A DNA stretch of 64,000 bases, taken from Trueperaceae bacterium. Its GTDB lineage: Bacteria; Deinococcota; Deinococci; Deinococcales; Trueperaceae. Below, piece after piece: positions 1 through 9,291 of the stretch. The position numbers were made by a program, and so were the translations under genes. The notes under the pieces were generated by a model that did not search any database, had not been told where the DNA came from, and saw nothing but the letters and a program-made list of their open reading frames with translations. Position 1 is the stretch's first letter; each line of letters starts with the position of its first letter. The stretch covers positions 736,001 to 800,000 of the forward strand of contig OZ243927.1 of NCBI GenBank assembly GCA_965213925.1, written 5' to 3'.

Positions 1-78
1 GTTGCAACCTACTTTTTCCGTTATCGGGTGCGCGTACGTAGAACCTCGAGCCGACCGTTTCACGCTGAACGTGCTCAG

Positions 79-98
79 ATACCCCAGTGGGATATAAT
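79..98 (+). promoter_or_regulatory. CsoR/RcnR-type operator overlapping a -10 box
   Basis: ATACCCC-AGT-GGGATAT (79-95) is a C-tract/G-tract pseudo-palindrome typical of CsoR-family operators. It overlaps TATAAT (93-98) just upstream of the repressor gene. Confidence 0.7.
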
Positions 99-127
99 GA
101 GATAAATTGCAGAGCGGAGGGCGTTTC

Positions 128-421
128 ATGGCACAGGCTGAGTTAGAGAAACAGGAAAAAGGCGGTTCGGCGGCGCAGAAGACGAAGGTATTGAACCGGC
201 TGCGGCGGCTCGAGGGGCAGGTGCGCGGCTTACAAAAGATGGTGGACGACGAGCGGAGTTGTCAAGAGGTTTTGACGCTGCTCGCGGGCGTGCGTAGCGC
301 GCTAAACGCCACCGCCGATGTGATCTTGGAAAGTTACCTAGATAAATGCCAGGCGGACTTCAAGGGTGGCGAGGGCGATGTGTCCGAACTGCTCCGCGCC
401 GTCAAACTCGCCAGAGGTTGA
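128..421 (+). CDS. CsoR/RcnR family metal- or sulfur-sensing repressor
   Basis: NRLRRLEGQVRGLQKMV...C.EVL.LLAGVRSAL signature; GGAGG RBS before the ATG at 128. Confidence 0.9.
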   Translation: MAQAELEKQEKGGSAAQKTKVLNRLRRLEGQVRGLQKMVDDERSCQEVLTLLAGVRSALNATADVILESYLDKCQADFKGGEGDVSELLRAVKLARG

Positions 422-432
422 GCGTCAAGAGG

Positions 433-663
433 TCAAGCAAAAGTGCGGTAAAAGGCGGCTTTGTGCCGCTCACCCATCTGCTGATAAGCAGTCACTAACT
501 TCGCCGCAAAAAAGCGCACCGCCCGCTCGTCACGCGCGCCGCGCGCCTCTTCAAAGCAGTACAAACAGTGCTGCACGACGATATGCCACTGCGCACCCTG
601 CTCGGCGAGCACAGCGCGTAAATAAGCTTGTCGAACGTCGATGATAGGAGAACGTAAACTCAT
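433..663 (-). CDS. small hypothetical helical protein
   Basis: Protein-like ORF convergent on the CsoR gene; start uncertain (663 or 714). Confidence 0.5.
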   Translation of the reverse strand: MSLRSPIIDVRQAYLRAVLAEQGAQWHIVVQHCLYCFEEARGARDERAVRFFAAKLVTAYQQMGERHKAAFYRTFA

Positions 664-800
664 CGTATAACCTTTAGAGACGGTAGCACGGCGTACACTT
701 TTCAAAGGGGACATATCTCACCAAGAGCTGATATTAGCGTCTTTTTTCTCTTTTGACTAGGGGCGAACGTAGATGCAATGCGGTATGGTGGCACTAGTAC

Positions 801-876
801 TGAGCAATGAGCAACCCAGTCAAGCTGGTTACGCGGTCTCCCGAAGGGAACGAACGGCGAGCGACGAGCAACGAGT
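801..876. repeat. AGCAAYG-heptamer modular intergenic repeat, copy 1 (inverted relative to copies 2 and 3)
   Basis: GCAACCCAGTCAAGCTGG and GGAACGAACGGCGAG are near reverse complements of modules in the copies at 12921-13023 and 13736-13868. Confidence 0.75.
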
Positions 877-1000
877 CGAAGAGCGCTGCCATTGACCTCT
901 TAGCTCGAGCTAAAAGGTGTTCCGTCCTACGCGCACACGCTTAGGCTCCGCGTAGCTTTGCGCACAAAATGTGGATACGCTAGTCATTTAGGAGGCAACG

Positions 1001-1846
1001 ATGTTTCAAGAGGGTTTGCTTAAAGATAAGGTCGTGTTGGTCACGGGGGGCGGCACGGGCTTAGGTCGTTCGATGTGTGAGCGGTTTTTGGCGCTCGGGG
1101 CGCGGATTGCCATCTCGAGCCGCCGTCAAGAGGTCTTGGACCAGGCCGCGCAGGAGATGATGGACGCTACAGGTGGCGAGGTCTTCACCACCACCGTAGA
1201 CGTGCGCGATCCCGAACAGGTGAAGGGGATGATGGACGCCGTCGAGGGTCACTTCGGGCGAATCGACGTGCTCCTCAACAATGCCGCCGGTAACTTCATC
1301 TCGCCTACCGAACGCTTATCTCACCGTGCGGTTGACGCTGTACTCAATATCGTTCTCCACGGAACCTTTTACTGCACCTTAGACCTCGGCAAGCGCTGGA
1401 TCGAAAAGAAGCAGCCGGGCGTCGTGCTGAATATCGCCACGACCTACGCTATGACCGGCTCGGGCTACGTCGCGCCCTCTGCTGCCGCTAAAGCGGGCGT
1501 CGTGAGCCTTACCAAATCGCTCGCGGCGGAGTGGGGCAAGTACAATATCCGCCTCAACGCCATCGCCCCCGGACCCTTCCCCACCGAGGGCGCGTGGAGC
1601 CGCCTCATGCCCACCGATGAGATTCAAGAACTCTTTGAAAAGCGCATTCCGCTAGGGCGCGTCGGGCGACACGAAGAACTCGCCAACCTCGCCTCATACC
1701 TCATCTCGGACGCTTCGGGGTTTATTACCGGCGACCTCATTCACATTGATGGGGGCGAGACGACGTGGGGGGCGGGGGAGTTTAATATTTTGGATGAGGT
1801 GACGAGCGAGCAGTGGGATAAGTTGGCGGAGATGAGGAAGGGGTAG
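1001..1846 (+). CDS. SDR oxidoreductase, 2,4-dienoyl-CoA reductase-like
   Basis: TGGGTGLG, NNAAGNF, SAAAKAGV and IAPGP motifs; AGGAGG RBS. Confidence 0.9.
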   Translation: MFQEGLLKDKVVLVTGGGTGLGRSMCERFLALGARIAISSRRQEVLDQAAQEMMDATGGEVFTTTVDVRDPEQVKGMMDAVEGHFGRIDVLLNNAAGNFISPTERLSHRAVDAVLNIVLHGTFYCTLDLGKRWIEKKQPGVVLNIATTYAMTGSGYVAPSAAAKAGVVSLTKSLAAEWGKYNIRLNAIAPGPFPTEGAWSRLMPTDEIQELFEKRIPLGRVGRHEELANLASYLISDASGFITGDLIHIDGGETTWGAGEFNILDEVTSEQWDKLAEMRKG

Positions 1847-1874
1847 CCCTGAGATTCACATCTGACTTCAGATT

Positions 1875-2645
1875 GGTAGTGGTCGCACCCCGAATGCTAT
1901 AGTAGGGCATGGTTACGAAGACACTCACCTGTTACCACTGCGACAGCGAGAACATCGTCAAGAACGGCGTAGCGCCGAATGGGAAGCAGAAGTATCGCTG
2001 TAAGGACTGTAAAAAGCAGAGCCGTGAGGAGCCGAGTCCGAATGGCTACACTGAGCCGCGCAAAGAGGAGATTTTAAGCGCGTATGAGGAGCGTTCCAGT
2101 TTAAGAGGGCTTGAGCGCACCTTCGGGGTGGCGCGTAGCACGGTGAGTCGCTGGCTCAAAAAAAACGAAGAAAACTCCCCGCACTGAAAGACACCCTTGT
2201 CAGGTTCGATGTTCCTCAGCGCGTGGAGCTAGAGCTTGATGAGTTGCACTCGTTTGTGCAGAAGAAAGCGAAGAAACGCTGGGTGTGGATCGCTTTATGC
2301 AAGCAGACTCGTCAAGTGGTTGCTTGCGTCATAGGTGGGCGCGGCGCAGCCACCTGTAAGCAACTCTGGAAGGGCATTCCTGAAAACTACAAGCAAGGTC
2401 TTCGTTACAGCGACTTCTGGGAAGCCTATCAGAGCGTACTGCCAGACGAACACCACCAAGCTGTCAGTAAAGCTACAGGTCTTACTTCCCACGTTGAGCG
2501 CTTCAACAACACACTCAGGCAACGTCTTGCTCGCTTCGTGCGCAAGACGTTGGCATTCTCTAAGTCCGAGCATATGCATCTTACCTGTCTACACCGCTTC
2601 CTCGTCCGTTACAACCTGGAGATCATTCGGGATTGAACCACTACC
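1875..2645 (+). mobile_element. complete IS1-family insertion sequence (771 bp)
   Basis: TIRs GGTAGTGGTCGCACCCCGAATG and the reverse complement GGTAGTGGTTCAATCCCGAATG (18/22 match); 8-bp TSD TTCAGATT at 1867-1874 and 2646-2653. Confidence 0.95.
1909..2636 (+). CDS. insAB: IS1 transposase InsAB (InsA 1909-2187 plus InsB, joined by a -1 programmed frameshift)
   Basis: InsA has a zinc ribbon (CYHC...CKDC) and an HTH. An A8C slippery run lies at 2158-2166. InsB carries DDE motifs ELDELHSFV, YSDFWEAY and HVERFNNTLRQRL. Confidence 0.9.
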
Positions 2646-2730
2646 TTCAGATTTACAAAAGCTAAAATTGCTGTTCCTGACGCAGTACTGCAATGTACGG
2701 TTGGCTCTAAGAAAGCACCTTATATTGCTC

Positions 2731-2762
2731 TATACTGTGTATACTGTTAGGGTACTAACAGT
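2731..2762 (+). promoter_or_regulatory. putative promoter and palindromic operator of the two-gene cassette
   Basis: Two TATACT hexamers (2731, 2740) and a perfect inverted repeat ACTGTTAG-GGTA-CTAACAGT (2743-2762). Confidence 0.6.
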
Positions 2763-2822
2763 TAAAAGAATGTGTGGGCTCCGTAAACTGCTGATAAGGG
2801 AAAGGAGTAGGGCAAGTTATAG

Positions 2823-3194
2823 ATGGATGAAGCCTCGAGTCAGCCCACGCGCCTTGAAGAAGCATTTGACTTTGACACATCCGAGGTTCTTCCTTGGGAG
2901 AAAGAAGCGATACAACAAGCCATCTCATCACGTAAACTTCTGATCAACCAGAAGTGGCACGCTGGACAACGAGCGTTACAGCGCGAGTTTACCGTGAAGG
3001 ACATTATCAACTGTATTGCACATGGGAGAGCAAAAAGTAAAGACCCTATTCCTTGGGACCCCGAAGAAAAGGGAGTAAGAAAGGCGGGAATTAACTATGA
3101 TGGAGTTTCTTCGAAAGGAGTAGGGATGCGTGTAAAGGTTGGTTGGACAAAGTACGGTTATACCGTAGTGACAGTGCACAAACGTAAACGATGA
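2823..3194 (+). CDS. DUF4258-like putative RNase toxin
   Basis: HAGQRALQREFTVKDIINCIAHG and C-terminal VVTVH match the DUF4258 pattern; AT-rich; ATGA overlap with the next gene. Confidence 0.65.
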   Translation: MDEASSQPTRLEEAFDFDTSEVLPWEKEAIQQAISSRKLLINQKWHAGQRALQREFTVKDIINCIAHGRAKSKDPIPWDPEEKGVRKAGINYDGVSSKGVGMRVKVGWTKYGYTVVTVHKRKR

Positions 3195-4267
3195 TTGAAC
3201 TAGAAAACGATAAAACGACTGTTACTCATACTCAGCATATTGACAATGGCTCGGTTGTCGTTATTACCGATGTGCCCGCCTATGTTTGGGAAGAAGATGG
3301 TGAAGAGCAAACTGTATATGACATGGATGTTGCATTAAAAATTGACGATTTCGTAGCAAGTATTTTTGAAGAAAGCTCAGAACCCAATAGCGTTCTTACT
3401 TACTCCTTTCAATATTTAGATGCAAGCTTATATGCTGATGCGCAAATTAGAATGACTGGCTCGAGTCGTGTCAGCTTTGGTAGCGCTACAACAAAAGAGT
3501 GGAAAGATAGCATTGACGCTATCCATAGAAGCATCTTATTTTTGAAAGATGCACTTAAATCTGTATATAAGAGCGCTACTATAGAGGACCCTGTTTTAGT
3601 TCCTGCGCCTGGCAGTCTTTTATTCAACTTACAAACGGCTGAGCCTACAAGGGCGACTCAGAATTCAATATTACCTGTTCCAAATCGCTTAGAGATACAA
3701 ATTCTCGAACTACTAATGGATGGCTATAATTTTGCGGTTGATGATGATGTGCGTAACGCACTTATAGAAGAGTATCCTCAATTTAAGATTGCAACACTAA
3801 AAGCTATTGAGCGTCTATCACCTCATAAAAGTTCCGAGATAGAAAAAGTCGAAATTATTCCTTTGAGTGAGTCTCTAAAAGAGTTTGAACCTATTACCTT
3901 AACGAAAACAACGCGCGAAATAGCTAGAAATAAGCGTTCTTGGTTGGAATCGGGCTCTGAAAAATCTGATGTAAGAGAAGTTATCATTATTGGTCAAGTT
4001 GCGCAACTCGCTAGGGATTCAACCTTTACAATTTCGGATATTGAATACAACTATCCCGAAGGTAGAAAGTACCGCACCAAAGCGCTTTACTATTCAAGAA
4101 TTTTTAAGCAGTTGGGAGAGCTATTTCTGAACAAGAAACGAGTCGTCTTCCGAGGTATTGAGTATAGAATCAATGGCAAATGGAGCAGTATTCCGAACAT
4201 TAGAGAGGTTAAAGAGTTTAATGGGGAAGTTCCGTCAGATAACAAACCTATTCCCAAACATCTTTGA
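3191..4267 (+). CDS. Cys-less YgiT/MqsA-type N-domain fused to ~280 aa of unknown function (candidate antitoxin-sensor)
   Basis: N-terminal TTVTH...VVVITDVPAYV..EDGEE..Y..DVA.KID resembles YgiT-type fingers without cysteines; the rest is not recognised. Confidence 0.55.
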   Translation: MIELENDKTTVTHTQHIDNGSVVVITDVPAYVWEEDGEEQTVYDMDVALKIDDFVASIFEESSEPNSVLTYSFQYLDASLYADAQIRMTGSSRVSFGSATTKEWKDSIDAIHRSILFLKDALKSVYKSATIEDPVLVPAPGSLLFNLQTAEPTRATQNSILPVPNRLEIQILELLMDGYNFAVDDDVRNALIEEYPQFKIATLKAIERLSPHKSSEIEKVEIIPLSESLKEFEPITLTKTTREIARNKRSWLESGSEKSDVREVIIIGQVAQLARDSTFTISDIEYNYPEGRKYRTKALYYSRIFKQLGELFLNKKRVVFRGIEYRINGKWSSIPNIREVKEFNGEVPSDNKPIPKHL

Positions 4268-4337
4268 CTCTCCTTTCCCGAGACTCCAAGCATTACCCAC
4301 ACCATGCCCTGAACCCATCTCAACATAAGCTCTCCAA

Positions 4338-5483
4338 GTGAGCACTCAAACTTTTACGCGCACTCGCTTCACCTGGCTCGCCTACGGGATGCTGGCGTAC
4401 TTCGCCCTCTCGCAGTCGGTGTTCGCGCCCATCATGCCTTTTTTGCGCCGCGAGCTGAGCCTTAGTTATACGGTTGGCGGGTTTCACCCTAGCGCCTTCG
4501 CCCTCGGCATGGTCCTCATCGGTCTTTTTGGCGACGGGGCTATAGAGAGGCTCGGGCAGCGCCGCGCTTTTTGGGGCGGCGGCGCAGGTATGGCGGTCGG
4601 GACGCTGCTCTTAGCGACGGGACAAAATGCTTATATGACCATCACTGGCGCTCTGATTATGGGCACGCTCGGCACGTTGCTGTTCGTCATCATTCAAGCG
4701 ACGCTCGCGAATGCGCATCAGTATTTTCGCCCCGTCGCCTTTATGGAGGCGAACCTCGCGGCGGCGGTGAGCGTGAGTTTTTTGCCGCTGCTGGTGGGTG
4801 GCTTCGAAGAGGTTGGTCTCGGTTGGCGCGTCGCGCTCTTCCTCGTCGTAACGCTATGGCTGGCGATGGTATTTAGCTTGCGCGAGACGCCCTTTCCGCG
4901 ACCTCTTCGAGATGAGGATGAAACAAAAGAGAGGCTACCCCGTATCTTCTGGCTCTACTGGACGATTATCTTTTTAGGCGTGTCGGCGGAGTGGTGCGTG
5001 GCGCTCTGGAGCGCGGACTTTTTGATCTCGAGCCTCACCCTCACCGAGAGCCGCGCCGCCTCGCTCATCTTTGTCTTTGTCGGTGCGGGTGCACTAGGGC
5101 GTTTGGTCGGGAGTCGGTTGGCGAGGAGGTCGAGCAGCCGAAACCTCTTACTCATCTACCTCTTTATCCTCTTGGGCGGCTTTCCGCTCTTTTGGTTAGG
5201 AACAACTTTAACGCTTAAAATGATCGGGCTTACCATCGTCGGCTTCGGTGCGGCGGGGCTTTTCCCGCTCGGTTTAGCTACCGCGACGGACGCTTTGCCG
5301 ACCTACGCCGACCTCATCAGCGCCCGCAGTTCGTTTGCAAGCGGTTTAGCCATCTTGGTCAACCCGCAGCTTTTGGGGATGAGCGCGGACCTCTTCGGCA
5401 TCGGGCGGGCGTTTAGTTTGGTGCTGTTGCTCGGCGGATTGGCGGTGGTGCTTACAATTATTGCGGGGAGAATCGAACGTTAA
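4338..5483 (+). CDS. MFS transporter
   Basis: About 12 hydrophobic segments; G..IERLGQR loop motif. Confidence 0.85.
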   Translation: MSTQTFTRTRFTWLAYGMLAYFALSQSVFAPIMPFLRRELSLSYTVGGFHPSAFALGMVLIGLFGDGAIERLGQRRAFWGGGAGMAVGTLLLATGQNAYMTITGALIMGTLGTLLFVIIQATLANAHQYFRPVAFMEANLAAAVSVSFLPLLVGGFEEVGLGWRVALFLVVTLWLAMVFSLRETPFPRPLRDEDETKERLPRIFWLYWTIIFLGVSAEWCVALWSADFLISSLTLTESRAASLIFVFVGAGALGRLVGSRLARRSSSRNLLLIYLFILLGGFPLFWLGTTLTLKMIGLTIVGFGAAGLFPLGLATATDALPTYADLISARSSFASGLAILVNPQLLGMSADLFGIGRAFSLVLLLGGLAVVLTIIAGRIER

Positions 5484-5899
5484 AGCTGATCGCCCGTCGG
5501 CAGTTCCAAGCGGAAGGTGCCCGAGGCGTCCTCTAAGATCAACCTTACGCGGTAGATTCCCTGACCTCTTTTAAGCATCTGCGAGAGGTTGACCTCTTCG
5601 CCCTCCCCGTAAATCTGTCTGAACAGGACGCGCTCAGGCTCGCCCGCTTTACCGGTCTGAAAGCTGCTCGGTTTTTCGTATGTTCCCTCGACGGTGAGCA
5701 GGCCGCGTCTGACTTCGCCGTTCAGCTCCAAGGGAAACCCGTCCGCCGAAGAGACGCGCCGCACGTAAGAGGCGTCCGTCGTCGTTTTGTAGGCAAAAAT
5801 AGGCGTCTGCGGCGGAATACCTACGTACCAGCCGCGCCACTCGCCCACGCCGAAGAAAACCACGGCGCAGAAGACGAGAAAGACGAGAAAGTCGCGCAT
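5480..5899 (-). CDS. hypothetical membrane-anchored protein
   Basis: N-terminal TM helix then a beta-rich domain; TATAGT 6 nt before the ATG at 5899. Confidence 0.7.
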   Translation of the reverse strand: MRDFLVFLVFCAVVFFGVGEWRGWYVGIPPQTPIFAYKTTTDASYVRRVSSADGFPLELNGEVRRGLLTVEGTYEKPSSFQTGKAGEPERVLFRQIYGEGEEVNLSQMLKRGQGIYRVRLILEDASGTFRLELPTGDQL

Positions 5900-6205
5900 A
5901 GCCCAACTATAGAGCGCTGCTCTAACGCACGCTCGTAAATTTTTCGCTAACGCTAGGGCGCGTAAACGAGGTGTGACGCGCGCCACGCCGCGGTGATAGA
6001 GGATGCATCTCATCTTCCTAAAACTTCGCTAAGCTCGCGCGCTAAACCCCACGTTAAGCTGCGTGTGAAGTATTACATAGAGGCGCAGCCAAGATACGCT
6101 ATACAAAGGAAAGACAGCCTCGAGACCCTGTCAAAACACCCTGTAGAAAGCTCTATATGCCGAAATTAGGTGAGACTCGCCCGAAGCGGCTCGAAAGGAA
6201 AAGAG

Positions 6206-7111
6206 ATGCGTAATATTACCCTTAGCCCTGGTACGTCAGCGAGCGATTCCTCGAACGGCAGCGTGAGCGAAGGTCGCCTTCCTGACTTCGTCATTATCGG
6301 CGCGATGAAGTGCGGCACGACGAGCCTCTACGACTACCTGAACTTGCACCCTGAAGTCTCGATGTCGCACCCTAAAGAACTCAACTTCTTCACCCAGCAT
6401 CAGCGCTGGAGGTTAGGGGTCGACTGGTACAAAGACCGTTTTGCCCCTAAAGATGAGGCGTGCGCGGCGCGTGTGAGGGGCGAAGCGTCGCCCAATTACA
6501 CCCGCCATCCGCTCTTTCCCGGCGTGCCCGAGCGGATGTGTCAGGTTGTGCCGAACGCTAAACTTATCTACTGCGTGCGCGACCCGGTTTCGCGCGCCAT
6601 GTCACACTACGTCCACGACTACTCGATAGGCGAGCAAGACAGACCCTTCGCCGAAGCGGTGCTCGACGAGAAAGAGGCGTACCTCTGGTGTAGTCGCTAC
6701 TTTCATCAGCTAGAGCAGTACTTAAAGGTTTACGATGCGTCGCAGATCAAGGTCGTCGTGTTGGAGGATATGAAAGAAAAGCCGTATGAGACGCTGGGTG
6801 AGGTGTTCGCGTTTTTGGGCGTGGACCCGAGCTACCGAGACGAGCGTTTTAGGTCGTCCTCCGGCACGATGCCGAGCGCGAAGGCGCGGCGGCGCAACTT
6901 CGTTAAGAGCTGGATGCGGCGCAACGGTGTGCGCGGTATGTATTGGCTCGAGCGCAACCTCCCGTGGGTTCTCGGCCGCCCCATCAAGCAGCCTGAAATC
7001 AACGAGGAACTCCACCGAAAGCTGCTCGGGGCGCTAGAGGACGACACCCAAGCCTTTCGCGCATTGACGGGGCTCGAGCTTCCGTGCTGGCGCTGGGTTC
7101 CGCCCCGGTGA
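6206..7111 (+). CDS. PAPS-dependent sulfotransferase
   Basis: PDFVIIGAMKCGTTSL, GEASPNY and RDPVSRAMSHY motifs. Confidence 0.9.
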   Translation: MRNITLSPGTSASDSSNGSVSEGRLPDFVIIGAMKCGTTSLYDYLNLHPEVSMSHPKELNFFTQHQRWRLGVDWYKDRFAPKDEACAARVRGEASPNYTRHPLFPGVPERMCQVVPNAKLIYCVRDPVSRAMSHYVHDYSIGEQDRPFAEAVLDEKEAYLWCSRYFHQLEQYLKVYDASQIKVVVLEDMKEKPYETLGEVFAFLGVDPSYRDERFRSSSGTMPSAKARRRNFVKSWMRRNGVRGMYWLERNLPWVLGRPIKQPEINEELHRKLLGALEDDTQAFRALTGLELPCWRWVPPR

Positions 7112-7161
7112 GCGGGCGCTCGGATTTACTCAGGCTCGAGCGTACAGGTTATAAGGCGTCG

Positions 7162-7968
7162 CTAAAATTCGTCGGGGAAGTTGAACCCGCCCGCCGGACG
7201 TACAGGTTCCCTTTCGGAGTCTGAGCGGCTATCCTCTTGCCAGTCGCGACTTGCAAACGCGGCGACCTTTTCGCGGCGTTCGCGCTGCGCCTCTTGCGCT
7301 TGGCGCTCCTGCCAAGAGCGCTCGCGCAGCCTGCTGACGTGGGCGCTCGCGAGTTGCCGAAAAGGGGTCAGGGTTTGACCCAAGGGTGAGACTTTGTAGC
7401 GGGCATCCCAGGGTTCGAATTCGAAGCTCGCTTGCAGCGAGACGTAGCGTTTGCTGCTCCCCGAGAGGTAGAAGTAGAGCGTGAGCTTGCCCTCTTCGCC
7501 GTCGAACTGTGGCAGGGTCTCTTTAACCACCACCGACGCCTCGGGACCGACGATTTGCGCGGTTTCCAAGGTGAGCGGCACGTCCATGTCGGGCGTTTTT
7601 AGGGCGACCTCTAAGAGTTGAACGGGGTACATGTTGAGGTTGCTGACCGTCATGCGCAGGGCGTGACTGACAGGGCGCATAAGTGCGTTGCCGCGCCCCT
7701 TCTCGTCTTGTTCGACGTAGTCCTCGAGCACGCGGATTTCGCCTAGCGACACCAGCAGTTCGGGTTTGCTCGGCGCGGGCTCTTCAGGACGGCGGCGGCG
7801 CAGAAGCATCGAGAGAAGTAGAAGGATGAGGAGCCCGACAGCGACCATGCCCCACGTCAGCGGGTCTAAACGCTGCAAGGTAGACTGTGCCGTGGGCGAC
7901 AAGAGGGTCCAGAGGTTGGAGAAAAATGACGTGACGCTGTTCCACATCATCTCGAGCGTGCGTACCAT
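7162..7968 (-). CDS. hypothetical single-pass membrane protein
   Basis: TM helix followed by RRRR; TAAGCT 5 nt before the ATG. Confidence 0.7.
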   Translation of the reverse strand: MVRTLEMMWNSVTSFFSNLWTLLSPTAQSTLQRLDPLTWGMVAVGLLILLLLSMLLRRRRPEEPAPSKPELLVSLGEIRVLEDYVEQDEKGRGNALMRPVSHALRMTVSNLNMYPVQLLEVALKTPDMDVPLTLETAQIVGPEASVVVKETLPQFDGEEGKLTLYFYLSGSSKRYVSLQASFEFEPWDARYKVSPLGQTLTPFRQLASAHVSRLRERSWQERQAQEAQRERREKVAAFASRDWQEDSRSDSEREPVRPAGGFNFPDEF

Positions 7969-8204
7969 ACCCTAGCTTATACCGCACAGAGGTGAAAGAG
8001 GCGTAAGTGCGGGGCAAATCCCCTCTTTTTTAAGGTTCTATGAAGTTTTTCACCGCCGTAGCAGGTATGATTTGGTCATAAACGCGCTCAGAAGACATCC
8101 TTTCGCACGTGCGTTCAGGGACGATGTCCGCGCGATGTGAACTCAGTAAGGTTGAAAGACCTTTTATTGATTCCAATTCTCAGCGAATGTATAGCCGAGC
8201 ATAT

Positions 8205-9200
8205 TCAACGCTCGAGTTTAGGCCACGTACCGGGCTTAGCGTGTTCGGGTCGCCAGTCGTGCGGAACGCGGTGCTCCGCCGCCGCGACTAAGCGGCGTTC
8301 TTTCGTCCCTTGCTCGACTCGCCAACGCGCCGCCTCGGAGCGCTGCATCTCCCTAAGCAAAGGTGCGATGAGGTCTTCGGGTGCTAACTCGAACACGTGC
8401 GCGCTGTAGTCTCTGAACCAGGGGCTCGAGCCCAGATACTCCGCCACCTCGCCCTCCAAAAGTCCGTCATTGAGCATCAGGGCGTAGGCGAAGATGCGCT
8501 TCATGCCGTGCCAAGCGACGCGTTCAGGCTCCCGCGTCCACCGCTCGTAGCGCTGCAGCGCCGCCCTAAGTGCCACGTTCGGCTCCGTCATCGGCGCGCC
8601 GTGCCCCGAGCACGCCCAGCGTGCCCGCAGCCGTAAAAGCCGCTCCAGAGAGTCCATCGCCCGCTCGACCGCGCCGACGCCCTCCCGGAACGGGTTGAGC
8701 CACGCCACGTCGTCACCGTGCACCGCGTCGCCGCAGATCAGGGTTTTTTCGCGCTCCTCGAAGAGTGAAATATGTCCGAGCGTATGCCCCGGTGTATGGA
8801 GCACACGCAGCATCACGCCGCCCGCTGAAATCTCGTCGCCATCGGTGAGAAACCGGTTCACCGTGTAAGGTTCGATGGGTTGACGCAGCCACCTCGCGCC
8901 GCACGCCTCTTTGTCGCGGTTATTCACAACGCCCGCTTCCCAGCGGTGCGCGGCGATGGGCAGGCTGTAGCGCGTCTGCAAATCGAAGTTGCCGCCCGCG
9001 TGGTCGCTGTGATAGTGCGTGTTTACGATCAGCGCTAGGCGTTCGGCAGGCACGCCCGCGCTGTAGAGCAGCGCCCGCGTCTGCGCGGCGTCGCTACCGA
9101 AACCCGTGTCGATGAGCACAGGGGTCTCGCCTCTGACCAAGACCATGTTCGCGCTCAGGAAGGTGCGCTCGAAGAGGTGGAGCCAGGCGGGTTGAGCCAT
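8205..9200 (-). CDS. metallo-beta-lactamase fold hydrolase
   Basis: LIDTG, THYHSDHAGG, TPGHT, GD and SGHG motifs. Confidence 0.9.
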   Translation of the reverse strand: MAQPAWLHLFERTFLSANMVLVRGETPVLIDTGFGSDAAQTRALLYSAGVPAERLALIVNTHYHSDHAGGNFDLQTRYSLPIAAHRWEAGVVNNRDKEACGARWLRQPIEPYTVNRFLTDGDEISAGGVMLRVLHTPGHTLGHISLFEEREKTLICGDAVHGDDVAWLNPFREGVGAVERAMDSLERLLRLRARWACSGHGAPMTEPNVALRAALQRYERWTREPERVAWHGMKRIFAYALMLNDGLLEGEVAEYLGSSPWFRDYSAHVFELAPEDLIAPLLREMQRSEAARWRVEQGTKERRLVAAAEHRVPHDWRPEHAKPGTWPKLER

Positions 9201-9291
9201 GCCTTAGTGTAACGCCTTTAGCCGACGGGGGTTTTGGTGTCCGTCCTCGAGACCTGCTCTTTTCCACGCAGAGCTACTAATTTAGCCGCCC

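Noticed and set aside
2335..2943. 202-aa ORF spanning the IS1 end
   Set aside because: It is an alternative frame crossing the IS boundary.
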